DNA of 50,715 bases, the filler included, from Catajapyx aquilonaris (lineage: Eukaryota): assembly GCA_000934665.2 (NCBI GenBank). It is 2 parts of 2 records of this genome, joined end to end, with 100 filler letters (N's around TTAATTAATTAA, not from the genome) between each part and the next. Parts side by side here need not be neighbours in the genome. Positions count along the whole stretch, not along the records: positions 25,415 to 50,715 come from KZ539346.1; 1 more part is not named here. The stretch is one strand, 5' to 3'. Every line of letters begins with the position of its first letter. Position 1 is the stretch's first letter. Below the pieces are notes generated by a model. It was not told the DNA's origin and did no database searches. It saw only the letters and a list, made by a program, of their open reading frames with translations. Below, piece after piece: positions 34,485-47,297 of the stretch. A program made the position numbers and the translations under genes.

Positions 34485-36629
34485 GGTTTCAGAAAGAGAC
34501 TTCATGAAAAGTAAATGGGAAATTGTTGAGTAAGACCTGTGGTACGTGCTCCTGCCTTGTTTCAGTACTTTCCTTCCGCCACGGAGGTCTTACTATACCT
34601 TTTTTTTTACTGAAGGGAATGTTTTTTCTCTTATTTTATGAATTGTTTGATCATTTATAATGAAATTAGGAATAACATTTGTATTTTTTTGGTCTCTCGG
34701 CGGCTGATTTCTGTGGATATTCATTCGGATGTGTATAATTTCGAGTGGTACGGTACCCTAAAGGACCGGCACATCTAGGTCAAAACGAGGGGTTATTAAC
34801 TTACATTATTTGCGTACACGGACTACCGTACTACTCGGGACTACCCTTCGGACTATCCACGAAGGTGTACAGTTGTACACGGACTACGAATAACCCTTCG
34901 GGTCAAAAGGTTAAATAATATCCGTGGACTGACTTTGTAACAAGGTAATGCTATCACAACGTCACCCCCATAAAAGCATACGAAATTCATCTAACGACTT
35001 CGTATCTTCTACAAAACAATTTCAATCTTGCATCATGTTATTTCATTTCTTAGCCAATTAATTTGCTTCAATATAATTTACATATTTTACTTTCATCGCA
35101 TTCGCAATTATGCCGGTCGCTGTTAGGGAAAGGAATCTTCGAAAGTAGTGCCAACAATTCTAGCAGTTTGCAAACTTGTAATGTGACTGCCAACAATGCA
35201 CGAGGTGTAGGAGCTTTTACAGCTAGTCACTAAGTGGCACCACATTCGCAGGCATCTACTGGCGTTGGTTTCAGTCAAAAAGCTAAAATAATAGCTGCGC
35301 GAGAATTGGAAAACTGATTTGACAGCAAGTTACCCCGCATGTCACAAAGTCACCCCCCTTTACGGTGTTATTTTTGATCCTTTCTGGAACCCTATCGAAG
35401 ACAAGTTGTGGGCTGCTTTTTTCTATTGTTTTTATTTTACGTGTCCATACAAACTCGACATTTTTCAAGGACGTGACAAAACGGCAGAAAATGCAGTATT
35501 AACTTGTGTGGTGTATAGCGTGATGGTGGCGGGCCATTACGGCCATGTAATAATCGTTATTGTTGACTCTGTGTCGTGCCAAATGGAAAGCATGATGTGT
35601 GGTGATTGAACCACCCTTGAATTTTAGTAATTAACCTTGAAAATACTGTCGAAATCGGTTCAAGTCGCATGTTGCATGATTCACCAGATTTTACTGTACC
35701 ATATAGTCGCATAAATAGCTTGAGGACATTTTAAAAACTCGAATACATCTGGTAGTAACTCAGAAACGTTCTGTTGAGCAGTTGCAACGATGCTTGGACC
35801 AGTACTGTACTGTCAAGGGTCCCAGAAGAAAGAAATCCAGAACAGAGTACAATATATTTTAGCGTCGGTTTTTTCTTGGGTGAGAAAAGGCGGAGGCGAT
35901 TTAAACCAATTGTTTTAAATTGCACCTGATGGTTTCCAAGGGCGTTCGTAGACATTAGAATCTGCGTCGAGACCTGGGTGTGGAAAAAATACAATTGACA
36001 GCCTCCACTTAGATCCACTTGGAAGTGACGGATGAATGCATATTTAATTGCCACACTTTTTGGCACCCACGTGTTATCGAAATTCCGGCGGGAAATGGTG
36101 CATCCCGTTTGGTTAATAAAAATAAAAAAAGTTCTCACGAGTGACATTTTGCTAAAAGATGCCGAGTGACGAAGCATTCTAACGTGCTTCTCCGCGAAAT
36201 TAGATTCCAGGCGGCGAAATATGGCAATAGAAAATCCATGGATAGGGTTTTAGAGGTATAGGTTAGGGTCCAAAGCGCATAATTATACTATAAAGGGTGG
36301 AAAAAACAGTCGGTAGCATAGCAACCGCGTCTCCAATCGACTGACCTGCCATCTGGCGGAGTCGACAGCCAAACTCGACACTGTATTGCACAATACGATA
36401 GATCGCTGTAGCAGTGCCGGAAATATGGCAATAAAAGGCTCAGTGGTTGGAAATAAGCCATAAGTACTCGTATACTCTCATTGTTTAAAAATTGACGACA
36501 AAACACGTTGTAGAAGACAGTCTGTGAATAAAAAAACATCACGAAAAGCAAATTATTTGCCAGAAGTTTATTGCCACTACAATCCCACACACTGAGCTCT
36601 ATACAATACACACGACGGTACACACTGAT

Positions 36630-36850
36630 AATGATGCTGAACGTGGTTATGGCAGGTTATGGCAGGAAGATATACCCCTCGCTGCGGGACGGGCTTGATC
36701 TTCTCCCGTGAACTCGAGAGCCGTGGAGGGTCCTTTGGTAATGGAAATAATGTGATCCGAAGCCCTGTGCGCGAACAGCAGTAGTAGCACGCGGCACCCG
36801 ACTGTCTACGCGTACGCCCCACTATGCCGGCTTTGGAACTCGTTCCATTT
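36630..36850 (-). pseudogene. Degenerate THAP zinc-finger coding segment (transposase N-terminus relic)
   Basis: CYYCCSRTGLRITLFPLPKDPPR...ITCHNHV has the C-x2-C, F.(F/L)PKD..R and C-x2-H pattern. The invariant Trp is missing and the upstream ATG is out of frame. Confidence 0.45.
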
Positions 36851-36931
36851 CGAAATTCGAACGTGATTTCTAAGAAACGACGTGATTATTTGGATCAGCC
36901 CCTTGTCTCTTCCAGCCTAGCCATGTATTAA

Positions 36932-37206
36932 CGGTAGTTTAGTATAAAAGTCTCCGTCATGAGGGGAATTTGGCGCTGCCCCCCCCCCCCCCCCCCNNNN
37001 NNNNNNNNNNNNNNNNNNNNNNNNNNNNNNNNNNNNNNNNNNNNNNNNNNNNNNNNNNNNNNNNNNNNNNNNNNNNNNNNNNNNNNNNNNNNNNNNNNNN
37101 NNNNNNNNNNNNNNNNNNNNNNNNNNNNNNNNNNNNNNNNNNNGGGGGGGGGGGTGCGCCAGCGCTAAATTCCAGGTCTAACGGAGACTTTTATATTAAA
37201 CTACCG
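36932..37206. mobile_element. MITE nested in the THAP element, interior mostly an N gap
   Basis: CGGTAGTTTAGTATAAAAGTCTCCGT versus ACGGAGACTTTTATATTAAACTACCG (25/26), then inverted C- and G-runs around Ns 36997-37143. Confidence 0.8.
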
Positions 37207-37986
37207 CGACGTAGGAGTGACAGACAGGGGGCTGATTTGGATTGTTCGGTGCAGGTGGCCAGCTGCGCCGAATATCAGTTTCGGGTCCAAAATTAGTGCC
37301 TTAACCGCGTACGACCTCATAACGGTCAGTTTTTAGATTTATAACTCATAATTATGTGCTTCTTGATATTAAATAGACACATTTTATTGAAATTCCTCTC
37401 GACAGCACTCGACTGTGGCGCCGCGTAGTGGATGAACAGCCAAGCACGTTAGCCAAACAAGTGGCGACACCTAGAAACCGTTTTCCCCACTCTTTATAGT
37501 GTCATAAGCTCTTTAGTTAGGGGCAGACTGGGCTATTGGTTATCATGCCTATAGTATAAAACTTTCTTTTCGGAGCCATCGCAATTGGAAACGGGTGCCA
37601 TCAGCCGTTGAATGGATGAATATGTGACGGATGTAGTGTTCGGAATAATGGTGTGCTGTAGTACGTGTATGTATAAAGTGTAATGAATTATTTCAGAGAG
37701 TCGCGACCGACCGTGCGCGTGCTTATGACGTCAATAAAACCGATGTCATTAGTGTGAGGAAAAAATGAGGGGCTGAAGGAAAAATAAACACGAAGGAAGT
37801 GGTAGCTTAGGACAGTATGTTGCAATAACCTCTAATGAGGCAATTACACAATTCTATAGTAAAAACGGCTGGCTGGCATTGCTAACATGCCTTTATAGGA
37901 CTGGATCTTTATATAATCTGAAAAATTTCGGTGGAGGAATCCTTATTATTGGTTTCACTTTCCGGATAGACGGAAATCCTTGTCGA

Positions 37987-38360
37987 CATGATCTTAGAAC
38001 ACTGAGGTCTGGTCACTCCCACGTACCCCCTGCCGGGGCGTTTTGCATGAGGTGCTCACCTGAGAGCGCAATGAGACCTTTCGGAGCACTGGTATGTGGC
38101 GACCCTACCGGACTACGCTGAACTTTATAGGTACAAAAGGGAAGGGTTACATTGGGGGACCCAACATGGTCGCCGGCGACCATGTTGGGCCCGCATGTAG
38201 CGCTTCCCTTTCGTACCTATAAAGTTCAGCGTAGTCCGGTAGGGTCGCCACATACCAGTGCTCTGAAAGGTCTAATTGCGCTCTCAGGTGAGCACCTCAT
38301 GCAAAACGCCCCGGCAGGGGGTACGTGGGAGTGACCAGACCTGAGTATTCTAAGATCATG
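37987..38360. mobile_element. 374-bp loop-less palindromic (foldback) element with CATG termini, P-superfamily-like
   Basis: Arms of about 187 bp are near-perfect reverse complements, centred on CCCAACATGGTCGCC|GGCGACCATGTTGGG (38174/38175). Termini CATGATCTTAGAA...TTCTAAGATCATG. Confidence 0.9.
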
Positions 38361-38506
38361 TTCGAGTCCCACCCTGCTGCCGCTTAATCCACTAAGTCGA
38401 GGAGCGACACTACCCCACTGCGGCAAAAATGATTACTATTAGTAGAACGGATCATAAGAACGTGGATGCGAACAGGCCCCAGTGCAAAGGAACGAACGGA
38501 CCATGC

Positions 38507-39386
38507 CAGAGTCTTAGAATAGTAAGGTCTGGATTACTCCCCTCTTATCACATTATAGCCTGTTTACGCCCTCACGATGTGAACCTAGTATGTCGCGCGG
38601 CAAGACGCTTTGCGAACGACAAATGGGGGTTGCCTAGGTCTTGTCGGAACGACTCCAGCACATGTGACCATATTTGTTTGAGATAGTCTTTGTCATCTTG
38701 GATGTCGTCTTCCGATCTGGCTCTTGCTGCTATTCCTTCCCCTTCCTCCCACTCCATCCTGACCAATCAGAACTTTTCCCTCCTTGCGACTCTCCTCAAG
38801 AGCAAGTAGAAAGGCCCGCGCAAAAACGACATTGCATTGCACGACTGCCTTCTCCATTTCCCCTGCTCCCTCTTTATCGCAACCAATCAGCGTCCTGGTA
38901 AAGCCTGTCCCTTTCCCTCTCCCCAACATGGCTGCAACTCAGAATAACCCAGAAGGAGCTATGCTGCTAGGAATGCAACTTGACACCCCCTCCCCCTCCG
39001 GTCCCACCCGGTTTCCCTCCCACCGCGGCTGACCCCCTCCAGGGGTGAGGGGGGGGGGGGGTACGGACAGCTGCTGGATGTGCGACTTCGCACATGTGCA
39101 ACATGCTTCCTGTCGGAATGGCGTAAACGCATGGTGCGATTCGTGTGCCCGACAGAAAAGTCGTTCGCGCGAATTTGGCCCACATCTTGAGGGCGTAAAC
39201 AGGCATTTAGGATGCTGACGGGGTGGTTTCTACGTTCTGCCTAAGTTCAGAGCAGTCCGGGAGGGTCGCCACATGTCAATGAGGGCCTGAAAAGCGCTAT
39301 CACGCGGCCACCTGCCGCAAACCACCCCGTCAGCCCCATAAGGCGATAAAAGGGGAGTGATCAGACCTTATTATTCTAAGACCATG
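38507..39386. mobile_element. 880-bp non-autonomous P-like element with 8-bp TSD
   Basis: TIRs CAGAGTCTTAGAATAGTAAGGTCTG / CATGGTCTTAGAATAATAAGGTCTG; direct repeat GACCATGC at 38499-38506 and 39387-39394. The right arm shares AAGTTCAG...GTCCGG.AGGGTCGCCAC with the hairpin element. Confidence 0.8.
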
Positions 39387-42300
39387 GACCATGCCTACTA
39401 GATTAGAATCGGCGGTTGGGGAGTCTTGGTCCGCCATGTTTCGCCACCAGCTTCGCTGTGTGCCGATTGTTGGATTGAAGGAACGGGCCAAGCGCCGTAA
39501 CTAAAACGAAGCGGCAACCCGCCTAACTACTGATATGCCGCTCTAAGGGCACGGGGATCTGACGGGGGGGGGNGGGGGGGGGAGTTGCAGTGGGGTGGCA
39601 GGCGGCGCGCGGCGCGGCGTCTGGAGCGAATTCCATGCTGGCAGGAACCCCAGGTGTAGGTGGTTTTCCAGTCGGCAGTTAAAATCAGTTAGTACCTTCT
39701 TAAGCAGGCCTAGTGTTTTCGGCAGCACATATTGAAGCGGCATTACAGATGTAAATGACACGAGCAACGGGGACCGTTAACATTTCTGAATTATTCATGC
39801 GCACAATACTGCCTAAGTGGCCTCAAGGACATCACATGGCTCCAAAATGTAATCAGATCCAGCCATGTTAAAAACTTGGGGGCGAAAATGAGATGCATAA
39901 AAAGGCAGGACGAAAAGGTAGTTCAACACGAGATGGATTGTTAAGCCGCCCGTGAGATTAAATGGAAGAGGCGGATATAACGTGCAGGATAATGCGAGCC
40001 CGTTTGAAATATTTAAATTGGCCTGCAACCATGCCATTCCCCTGTATTTTGAGCTTTGTTGAGGTAACCAAAACAAGAGTGGAATCGATATGGCCTGACG
40101 TATTTTTCATGCTTGGCTGTTATGGTTTTTAATTTCCCGCAGGAGGTTGGGTACACGTGATGCACAAAGCACGTGCGTGGTAATTAGCACTGTCGCGATT
40201 GATTTATTAAATGTGCTAACTGGTGTCTGCCTACGGTGGTTAAAATTTAACATCTCATATTTCGAATACCTTACAAAAGAGCAGGCCAGGTGAAGGTAAT
40301 GGAAAATAGATGAAGTGCAACTTTTTCATCGCGTGGTATTGGCTTGATGGCTATAAGTTTTAATGAATCTTGCACTGGTGCAACCGGCTCTAAATCCTCT
40401 CATGAGACCCACATTTGAAATTGGCTTCTGTTTACCGGCTCTGGTTAATTTTTAAAATCCGGGAGGGTGTCCTGCATGCGCCGTCCCCATTACTGAATGT
40501 CACATGTTGCGCGTTTTGAAAAATGCCACGGAGCACGGCCGGCATTTTGCAGCCTTACTATGAATGATCGGCAATTTCTTCCGCACCAACTAATATTAAT
40601 AGGAGTCTGAAAGGGCGCCATATTCGTGGAGTAATAATTGTTCCGGATGATTTGCTACGCTGTTATGCGGTACCACAACCGCTCATCTCATCGATTACCG
40701 GTACTGCATGGATCGATGTACCGATGTTCGATTACGAAATTGGGAGCAATTTTTTTCTACTGTTAGGAAACGGCGACAAATGATTGATACTGGCTGACAT
40801 GTAAGGTGAGAACCGTTTGTACCGGTGCCTGTGGTGGAATCGATAGGAACGTATTGATCGGGTGTGAGAGACCCGGTCAGAAATTCGCGTGCTAATAATT
40901 GTTGTAAACCAGGAAGCTGGAAGGCTTTACGCGCGTGACAGGAAATAGGGCTGCATTGTTGTAAGTTGCATAACACGTGGGGCACATGCTGGTGGTCCAC
41001 GTGCTTAATCCCCATCGCCCGAATTGTATTCGGGCCGAACGTAATATCGGCACTAAAAAGGGGGAAATGCCACTATGGGACGTAAAAAGGTAATGAAATA
41101 TGCTCGTGCCCTCTTGACCTTTACTGAAAAATTCGGCCTTGCAAGCGGCCACTTTGATTAATTCATTGCTTTAACTGCCGGTTTTGATATGTTGTCTGTG
41201 TTGATGGCGAACTTTTACCTACAATGCTGTCTGTTGCTGACCGCATTTTATTGCCACTGCTATCGGGATTAATGTTACTTATCCGCTTTTCAGAGATGAG
41301 CTCGGAGGTGAGGAACTCGAGCGGGAATCTCCAGAGATCAGGAGTAGGGACGAGCTTGGTTTCAATGGGCAGCAAGACACCGACGGGACCCAACAAGTCC
41401 TTGGAGAGGGCCACGTTTGCGTCAACGCCCAAATGCCCTGGTACAGTACATAATATTTTCATAGCACAAATGAAGGGTATGCCAATTCCTATGCCGTTGC
41501 TTGTTGTGGACAATAGCACTGATGGTGGCATTGTGCACATTGTTTGCCGATAATATTATCCCAATATTGATATAGGCTACTGATTACGATAAGAGTGGCA
41601 GGACCACAAGGACGTTTCATTGCACTGAAAATTCAGTGAACAAACTGACATTGTTAGTGAAGGATGTGGAAATCTGTGAAGCAGTTGTGTGACTCACTGC
41701 ATTCGCCACACGCCACTGTCGTCATCCTGTTATTGTCACTATTAAAGTTAATGTAGTTGTTGGTATTTGAGATGTACGTGTCAGACGTCAAGTGATATAA
41801 AGTCGTGCTGTTGACAACTACTGGAAGGCGAGCTGTAAATTTTATTTAAATTAAGTTCCATCCTGCAAATCCTACTTCTTGATAATGAAAAAAGACCGGG
41901 AGATGGAAGCGAATCATTTTGAGGGAGGCTAAAAGCAGTCGAATGTAATTACGAGGAAATGGCCAAGTTTTGGGATGGCTCCAGGGCTGGAAAATTGTCG
42001 GCCTCATAACTTTAGGAGCGCCCTCTCTTCATGAGGTTCATATTCAGACTGGAATCGCGAGTGACGTCTCGAGCAGCGAAATGCGTCGTGATCTCAAAGT
42101 AGAAAATGAGACCCATCAACACACACGTATAACGCACCCTGCCCATAATTATACTGTAGTGGACTTGAGTGGAGTGGCTGGAACGCAGCCTAATTGGGAC
42201 TTAGAGGGGTCATGTCGCATGCTCATTTAGAGGGGACATTCTGATTCAATACATCGTGACAACACTTGTCCAAAATCGGATATTTAGGACCAGTTTTGAA

Positions 42301-42959
42301 TTGACTGCTATTGTCAAGATATTTTAGCTTCTACCTACTTTCTAAGTGTACGTATAGGAGAAATAAATATTGACTCCACTTGTGCATAGATCATCCACTT
42401 CTGAGATTACTCTGGGCCACTCTATGTAGGAGCCGTCAAAGTTTTGTTTAGAACCTTCAGTACGAATGTACTCCGAGAAATTGGTTCCTTCTAGTCGTTC
42501 ATTACTCGTGGCATGGTTTAGTGGGGGTGGGGGTGGGGGTGGGGGAGAATTGCTATCAGACATAACTGGCTACACACGAATGGGTATTTATGAGCATATC
42601 CTTTCATAGATAATATACAAGAAACTGCGCGTTTTGGGAGTCAATGATATGCATCTTTTGACGCAGCAATATTTGCCCCTTCATATCCTGTACCGTACAC
42701 TAGGTTTGATTCAAAAATAGTGGAGTGTCTAAATGAACAGTAGAGTGATTCTCCCAGAACTGGCACATTTCTCATAGACTTTTCCAGGCAAATGAAGTGT
42801 TTTGAAATTAGGTGATATTTTGGTGGGGGGTTCTCACTATGTAGCCTTGCATAATATAGTGGGCATGCACCATGACCCATGTGTTCCAAATGACAATGGC
42901 AAACGTTAACAAACCTATTGAGAAATGTCAACCCCGTAACACATACATTAGAATTTATA

Positions 42960-43387
42960 CAGGGTGTATCTGAACTCAGTGCCCCGACGTATATGACTGC
43001 CTTCCTAGCCACCAGAGGATCGATTTAAGTATAGGAGTCATTATGTCTGGCCGCCGCATTACTGAGATAAATGCCCGCAGACATGTAGTACAAAATATCC
43101 TGTGGTTAGGCCACCCATCGAACCCTCCCCCAGTCAGAAGGCTCTGGAAGGTCTGTGGGCCGGACTTTGTTGGTTTGTTGCCCGCAGGTGGTATGGCCTC
43201 TTTGGATAGTTACACCAGAAAATTCTATTTAAAAGTCAGAAGGAGCGATTAGGCAAAAATCGCTAAAGAGTGTATCTCAGTAATGAGGCTGCCCAGACAT
43301 ATGACTCCTATACTTAAATCGATCCTCTGGTGGCTAGGAAGGCAGTCATATACTGTACGTCGGGGCACTGAGTTCAGATACACCCTG
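42960..43387. mobile_element. Tc1/mariner-type MITE
   Basis: About 90-bp TIRs starting CAGGGTGTATCTGAACTCAGTGCCCCGACG; TA duplicated on both sides. Confidence 0.9.
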
Positions 43388-43448
43388 TATAGACATGCAT
43401 GTATTGGTAGCAGTGAGAAAAGAATTTTGCAGTGCTGAAATAGACTTC

Positions 43449-44021
43449 CAAGAGAACTGCACGCACTGTAAATGGAGTTGCTGAATGAAACTTGGTACAA
43501 CTAATAGAGGCAGGTAAGTTATTCACCAAAATGAAAATCGTTTTGGCGGAGCGATACAAGGTCAAGGGTTTTGACCTCTCAAAGTCAGCCCTGACAGCTT
43601 ACCTAGTAGTGGCCGGGCGGAATTGGTATTTCGCTCATATTTAGTGTTCATTTTCATCTGTTTGTGGGAAGTTGTTAAACATAATAAGTTTAAAAATCAA
43701 CATGTCGCCATTTCTTCTCGAGGTCATCTGTTACGACCGCCTTCTTGGAAAAATGGCGGCAAAACGGGTAATTGTGTTTTATTTTTAAAAGTTAATAACT
43801 TCCCACAAACAGATGAAAATTAACACGAAATATGAGAGAAAAAACAATTCCGCCCCCACTATTAGGTAAGCTGTCCGGGCTGACTTTGAGAGGTCATAAC
43901 CTTTGACCTTGTAGCGCTCCGCCAAAACGATTTTAATTTTGGTGAATAACTTACCTGCCTGTATTATTGTGCCAAGTTTCATTCAGCAACTCCATTTACA
44001 GTGCCGCGTGCAGTTCCCTTG
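43449..44021. mobile_element. Foldback MITE with ~230-bp arms (superfamily unassigned)
   Basis: CAAG(A/G)GAACTGCACGC.CACTGTAAATGGAGTTGCTGAATGAAACTTGG... inverted, around a spacer of about 110 bp; no TSD seen. Confidence 0.85.
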
Positions 44022-45024
44022 TTAGTATACAGTACAGTATTAATGATAAAGTGGAAAAATTTGGTGTATATTCATTGAAATAAATTTGTCTTTACCAGTA
44101 AACACTGCTGTGGCAGAGTTGACAGATGTGTTACAGAGTTGACAATGTAAGCCTTTTGTTATTAAATTATCACATTACGTACAGTACCTACAAACCTTCT
44201 TGTGTTAATAAGTGGGACAAAAAAGAAACTACTGTATACTTGTCAGATTTCACTGTGATCTTTATTCAAGCTAGGTCAACTCTGTAACGACTTGACTCGT
44301 TACAGCCTGTTGACTGTTACAGGGGTGACAGTTTCATAGGGAAAGAAAGATGTGCTGTGACTGAGTAACAAATGAAGCGATCATAGAGCGAGAGCTACGT
44401 GGTCTACTTACGTGTGTGGCTGTTTGCATGTATTGCTCTTCCATCATGCGTAATTATGCGTGTGTTGACCAGCAATAAAGGTACTCACCTACTGTTACAG
44501 GTGTGCGCTGAAAAAAATCCACATCACATCCTAATCAAATCCACCAACTCACAGTCGGCGATGTTGCCTTGCGTGAGGGTTACCAGACGCGGAGGGTTTC
44601 GCGCTCATGTCGCTCTAGGCCACCTCTATATAGGCGGTGCACCGGTGCATTTAAATAGTACATTCAATGACGGGGTTGACATGACATGTTGGGGACAACG
44701 TTTTGTCATATAATTATTAAAGTAAAATCTTTTAAATTTAATTTTAAATGTTTGTAAGGCAATGCTCTCTCCTAAAATACGTCAACACTGTAGAACAAAA
44801 TGAAAATTGCATTTACTGCACCACAGTGAGAAGTAGTTATGCCCCGTGGGGAGAGGAAGGTGGAGAGGAGGAGGTAAGTTAATTAAATGCTGTACATCAA
44901 AAATTAAGCAAATCAATCACTGAAAAACATGAGCGTAACGCACGAGATGCTTCACAGCGAGATACGACTTGGGCGCACAATAGATGGCGTTTACGCAGCG
45001 AGCAATTTTTTTTTCACTGTATGA

Positions 45025-45121
45025 GTAGTTCGAACTTAGAAGAATCGTTCGAACTCCGTATCAAATTTCTCTCAAAATTAGCGTTCGAACTTTGGGGCAT
45101 ACGAAGTTAGGGGCCCCACTG
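45025..45121. mobile_element. One end of a pogo/Tigger-like MITE
   Basis: Repeated GTTCGAACT motifs ending ...GGGGCCCCACTG (CAGTGGGG terminus). Confidence 0.4.
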
Positions 45122-46949
45122 TGTACTGTACCTTGTTGTATGATACTGTAACTAAGTTATATGACGTGAAAACTCGGCGTAGACTGCGGGTCAGGACTGC
45201 TAATGATCTTGGTTGAAGTATAGTACTTGCTGTGACAGTTAACAGACAATGCCTCCCCACATTCCTATCCATAAATACGTAATTATGCTCAATAGCTTTA
45301 CTGAAAGGGAAGGTAAAACTGATTATGAAATGGGCCTCTGTAATTCAATAAAGGTCATATCAGACAGGCCAATATTTGCGGGTCAAGGCTGACTGAGCCA
45401 CAGTTTGACCTCGCTTCTCGTCAATTGTGATTCACACTGGCCGGTTTCATGCACCACCTTTTTTTTCCCTCCGTTGGCTCAGTTGTTTGTTACGAAAAAT
45501 AGTGCCAATGCCACTGTAAACTACATTACGGCCGCTACATCAACGCAATTTTGCACTGCAGTGTGGCAAAATTGCCGGCACGATGTAGAAGCTGTATAGA
45601 GCAATGCAATGTCACTGGCAGGAAATATAATGGGAAAATTATTGCCCTCTGTAATATTTGGCCGGTAGTAGGCAATTAACAAATCTACAGTAGACTTCTT
45701 TCGGTTTCCATGTTCTGGAAATTCTCCAACACTCTGCTATACCAAGACTTAATAAAGGATGAGTCGTATAGATCTTCCTGCTGTACAGTATACAGTAGCC
45801 AATGTTGTGTTTGTTAGTGCGGCGCAGTTTTTAGAATTCTTGTTCACACCGCCCGACCTCAAGTTTTTATCGATAAAAGAGACGGCGTATGCAATATATC
45901 ACTCCAATTTCGAATGTTGAACTGATGATAGTGTAGTGGTATCGCATCATGTGGGCGTACGGTACAGCACACGAGGAATTGCCAAAATGGACAATGTTAT
46001 CGATCACTTGCACACGCCCGCATCCTGATAATGCATTAAGAAGGCGCGACGTGGGTTGTGCGTCACATATGTATCCTAACTTGTGATGTTAATAAAATCC
46101 GATTTCACTGATAGGCCTACCGATTGGCATTACGCCCTTTGCGACCTTGGATTGTCGGGGCTATTCTTTGGCTCATCAGCGTCATAATCCAAAGCCGATG
46201 AAGAAGGTGCGTCGTAAATCCTGTGTACACTTTTGAGGAGTAAAAAGGGGATTTTACTGGCGAGATCCTGAGGGATCAGGAACACTCGGTCGATCAAGAA
46301 AGTATACTGAACTTCCTTCCTTCCTTCTTTTTTTTTTTTGCATTTTGCAACTTTGATATTAAAAATGCAAGCTCGCGTGGAGTATATAGGCTACCTTTTT
46401 ACATTTTACACTTGCCCTTAAAGGGCATTATTTAGTCGGTGATGCTCTAACAAAATGAAACATGTACGTAAAATGATCATGAGTGGTCAAGAATGAAGCC
46501 CAATGGGTTGGTCGGAATTATTACGAAACAAACTATACCACAATTTTAAAAATAGTTTGTAAGTTTACAATTTTGCAATTTAAGACGGGTGTGTGGTGTG
46601 GCAACTGGTCCCTATGTAGTCTGAGCTTGAGCTGCTGCATCGGAAACCAATGTCTGATAAGTAGGGTATTTGCATTTGAGGTTGGTAATGGGATTCTCTC
46701 ACGTATAAACCGGTGCGATGGCGCAATGCCTCCGCTCGAGACATCTTTTCCTGCAGCATGTACGCAGCAACACCTTTTGTTCTCAAAAACTTTGTTATTA
46801 TAATTTTTTTAAAAAGTTGAACGCGCCTTAGTGACTACAATTGAGTGTTGCGCAAAGGCCCAGGTAAATGCGGAAAATAAAACCTGCATCTTGTCTCTTT
46901 GTAGATACCACTTTACCAAGGTTAATTTTCAAAGCATCAATCATCATCA

Positions 46950-47231
46950 TCAGTAGTTATGTCCAGTAACAGTTTAAAATTGAGGCTAGTATGATATTTT
47001 TATGAACTGCTTGCCAAAGCAGAATATTTGGGAGCTATCCGCAATGCCAGGCGTAGTCGTTTGTGCAAACTCTTCCACTTGAACGAAATCGCTTTCCTTC
47101 ATCGATTTGATTGTAGAAATTGAATCATAGCCAGCAAAGTCCAAAAGATTTTGCAGATAATCAGGCACACGGATGTTGAAATGTTTCAGTGAATATTCCC
47201 ACACATTTTCTTCTGGTTCAGTCGCCATCAT
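46950..47231 (-). pseudogene. Truncated ORF with SAM-like N-terminal domain, probably a DNA-transposon accessory gene relic
   Basis: MMATEPEENVWEYSLKHFNIRVPDYLQNLLDFAGYDSISTIKSMKESDFVQVEEFAQ is protein-like and fits the pattern P.Y...LL...GYD....I........I..(V/L)E.F recalled from arthropod transposon-associated proteins. It is interrupted by stops downstream. Confidence 0.4.
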
Positions 47232-47297
47232 CCATGAGAGAAATAATCTTCAGATTTTGAAATGTCCATGCATATGCAGCCATCAATAGGGCTATAG

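Larger units (their letters stand above)
36287..37500. mobile_element. 1.2-kb TIR element carrying a degenerate THAP-domain ORF
   Basis: Left ACTATAAAGGGTGGAAAAAACAG; right end reverse-complements to ACTATAAAGAGTGGGGAAAACGG. No clear TSD. Confidence 0.55.

Noticed and set aside
34800..34930. Repeated CGGACTAC motifs (similar at 48628-48690) that superficially suggest a repeat-spacer array
   Set aside because: Units are under 10 bp and irregular, the context is eukaryotic with no cas genes; probably subterminal repeats of a transposon, not CRISPR
40695..41553. Cluster of 86-125 aa ORFs on both strands
   Set aside because: No motif I can recognise; may be a decayed transposon gene but this is unsupported
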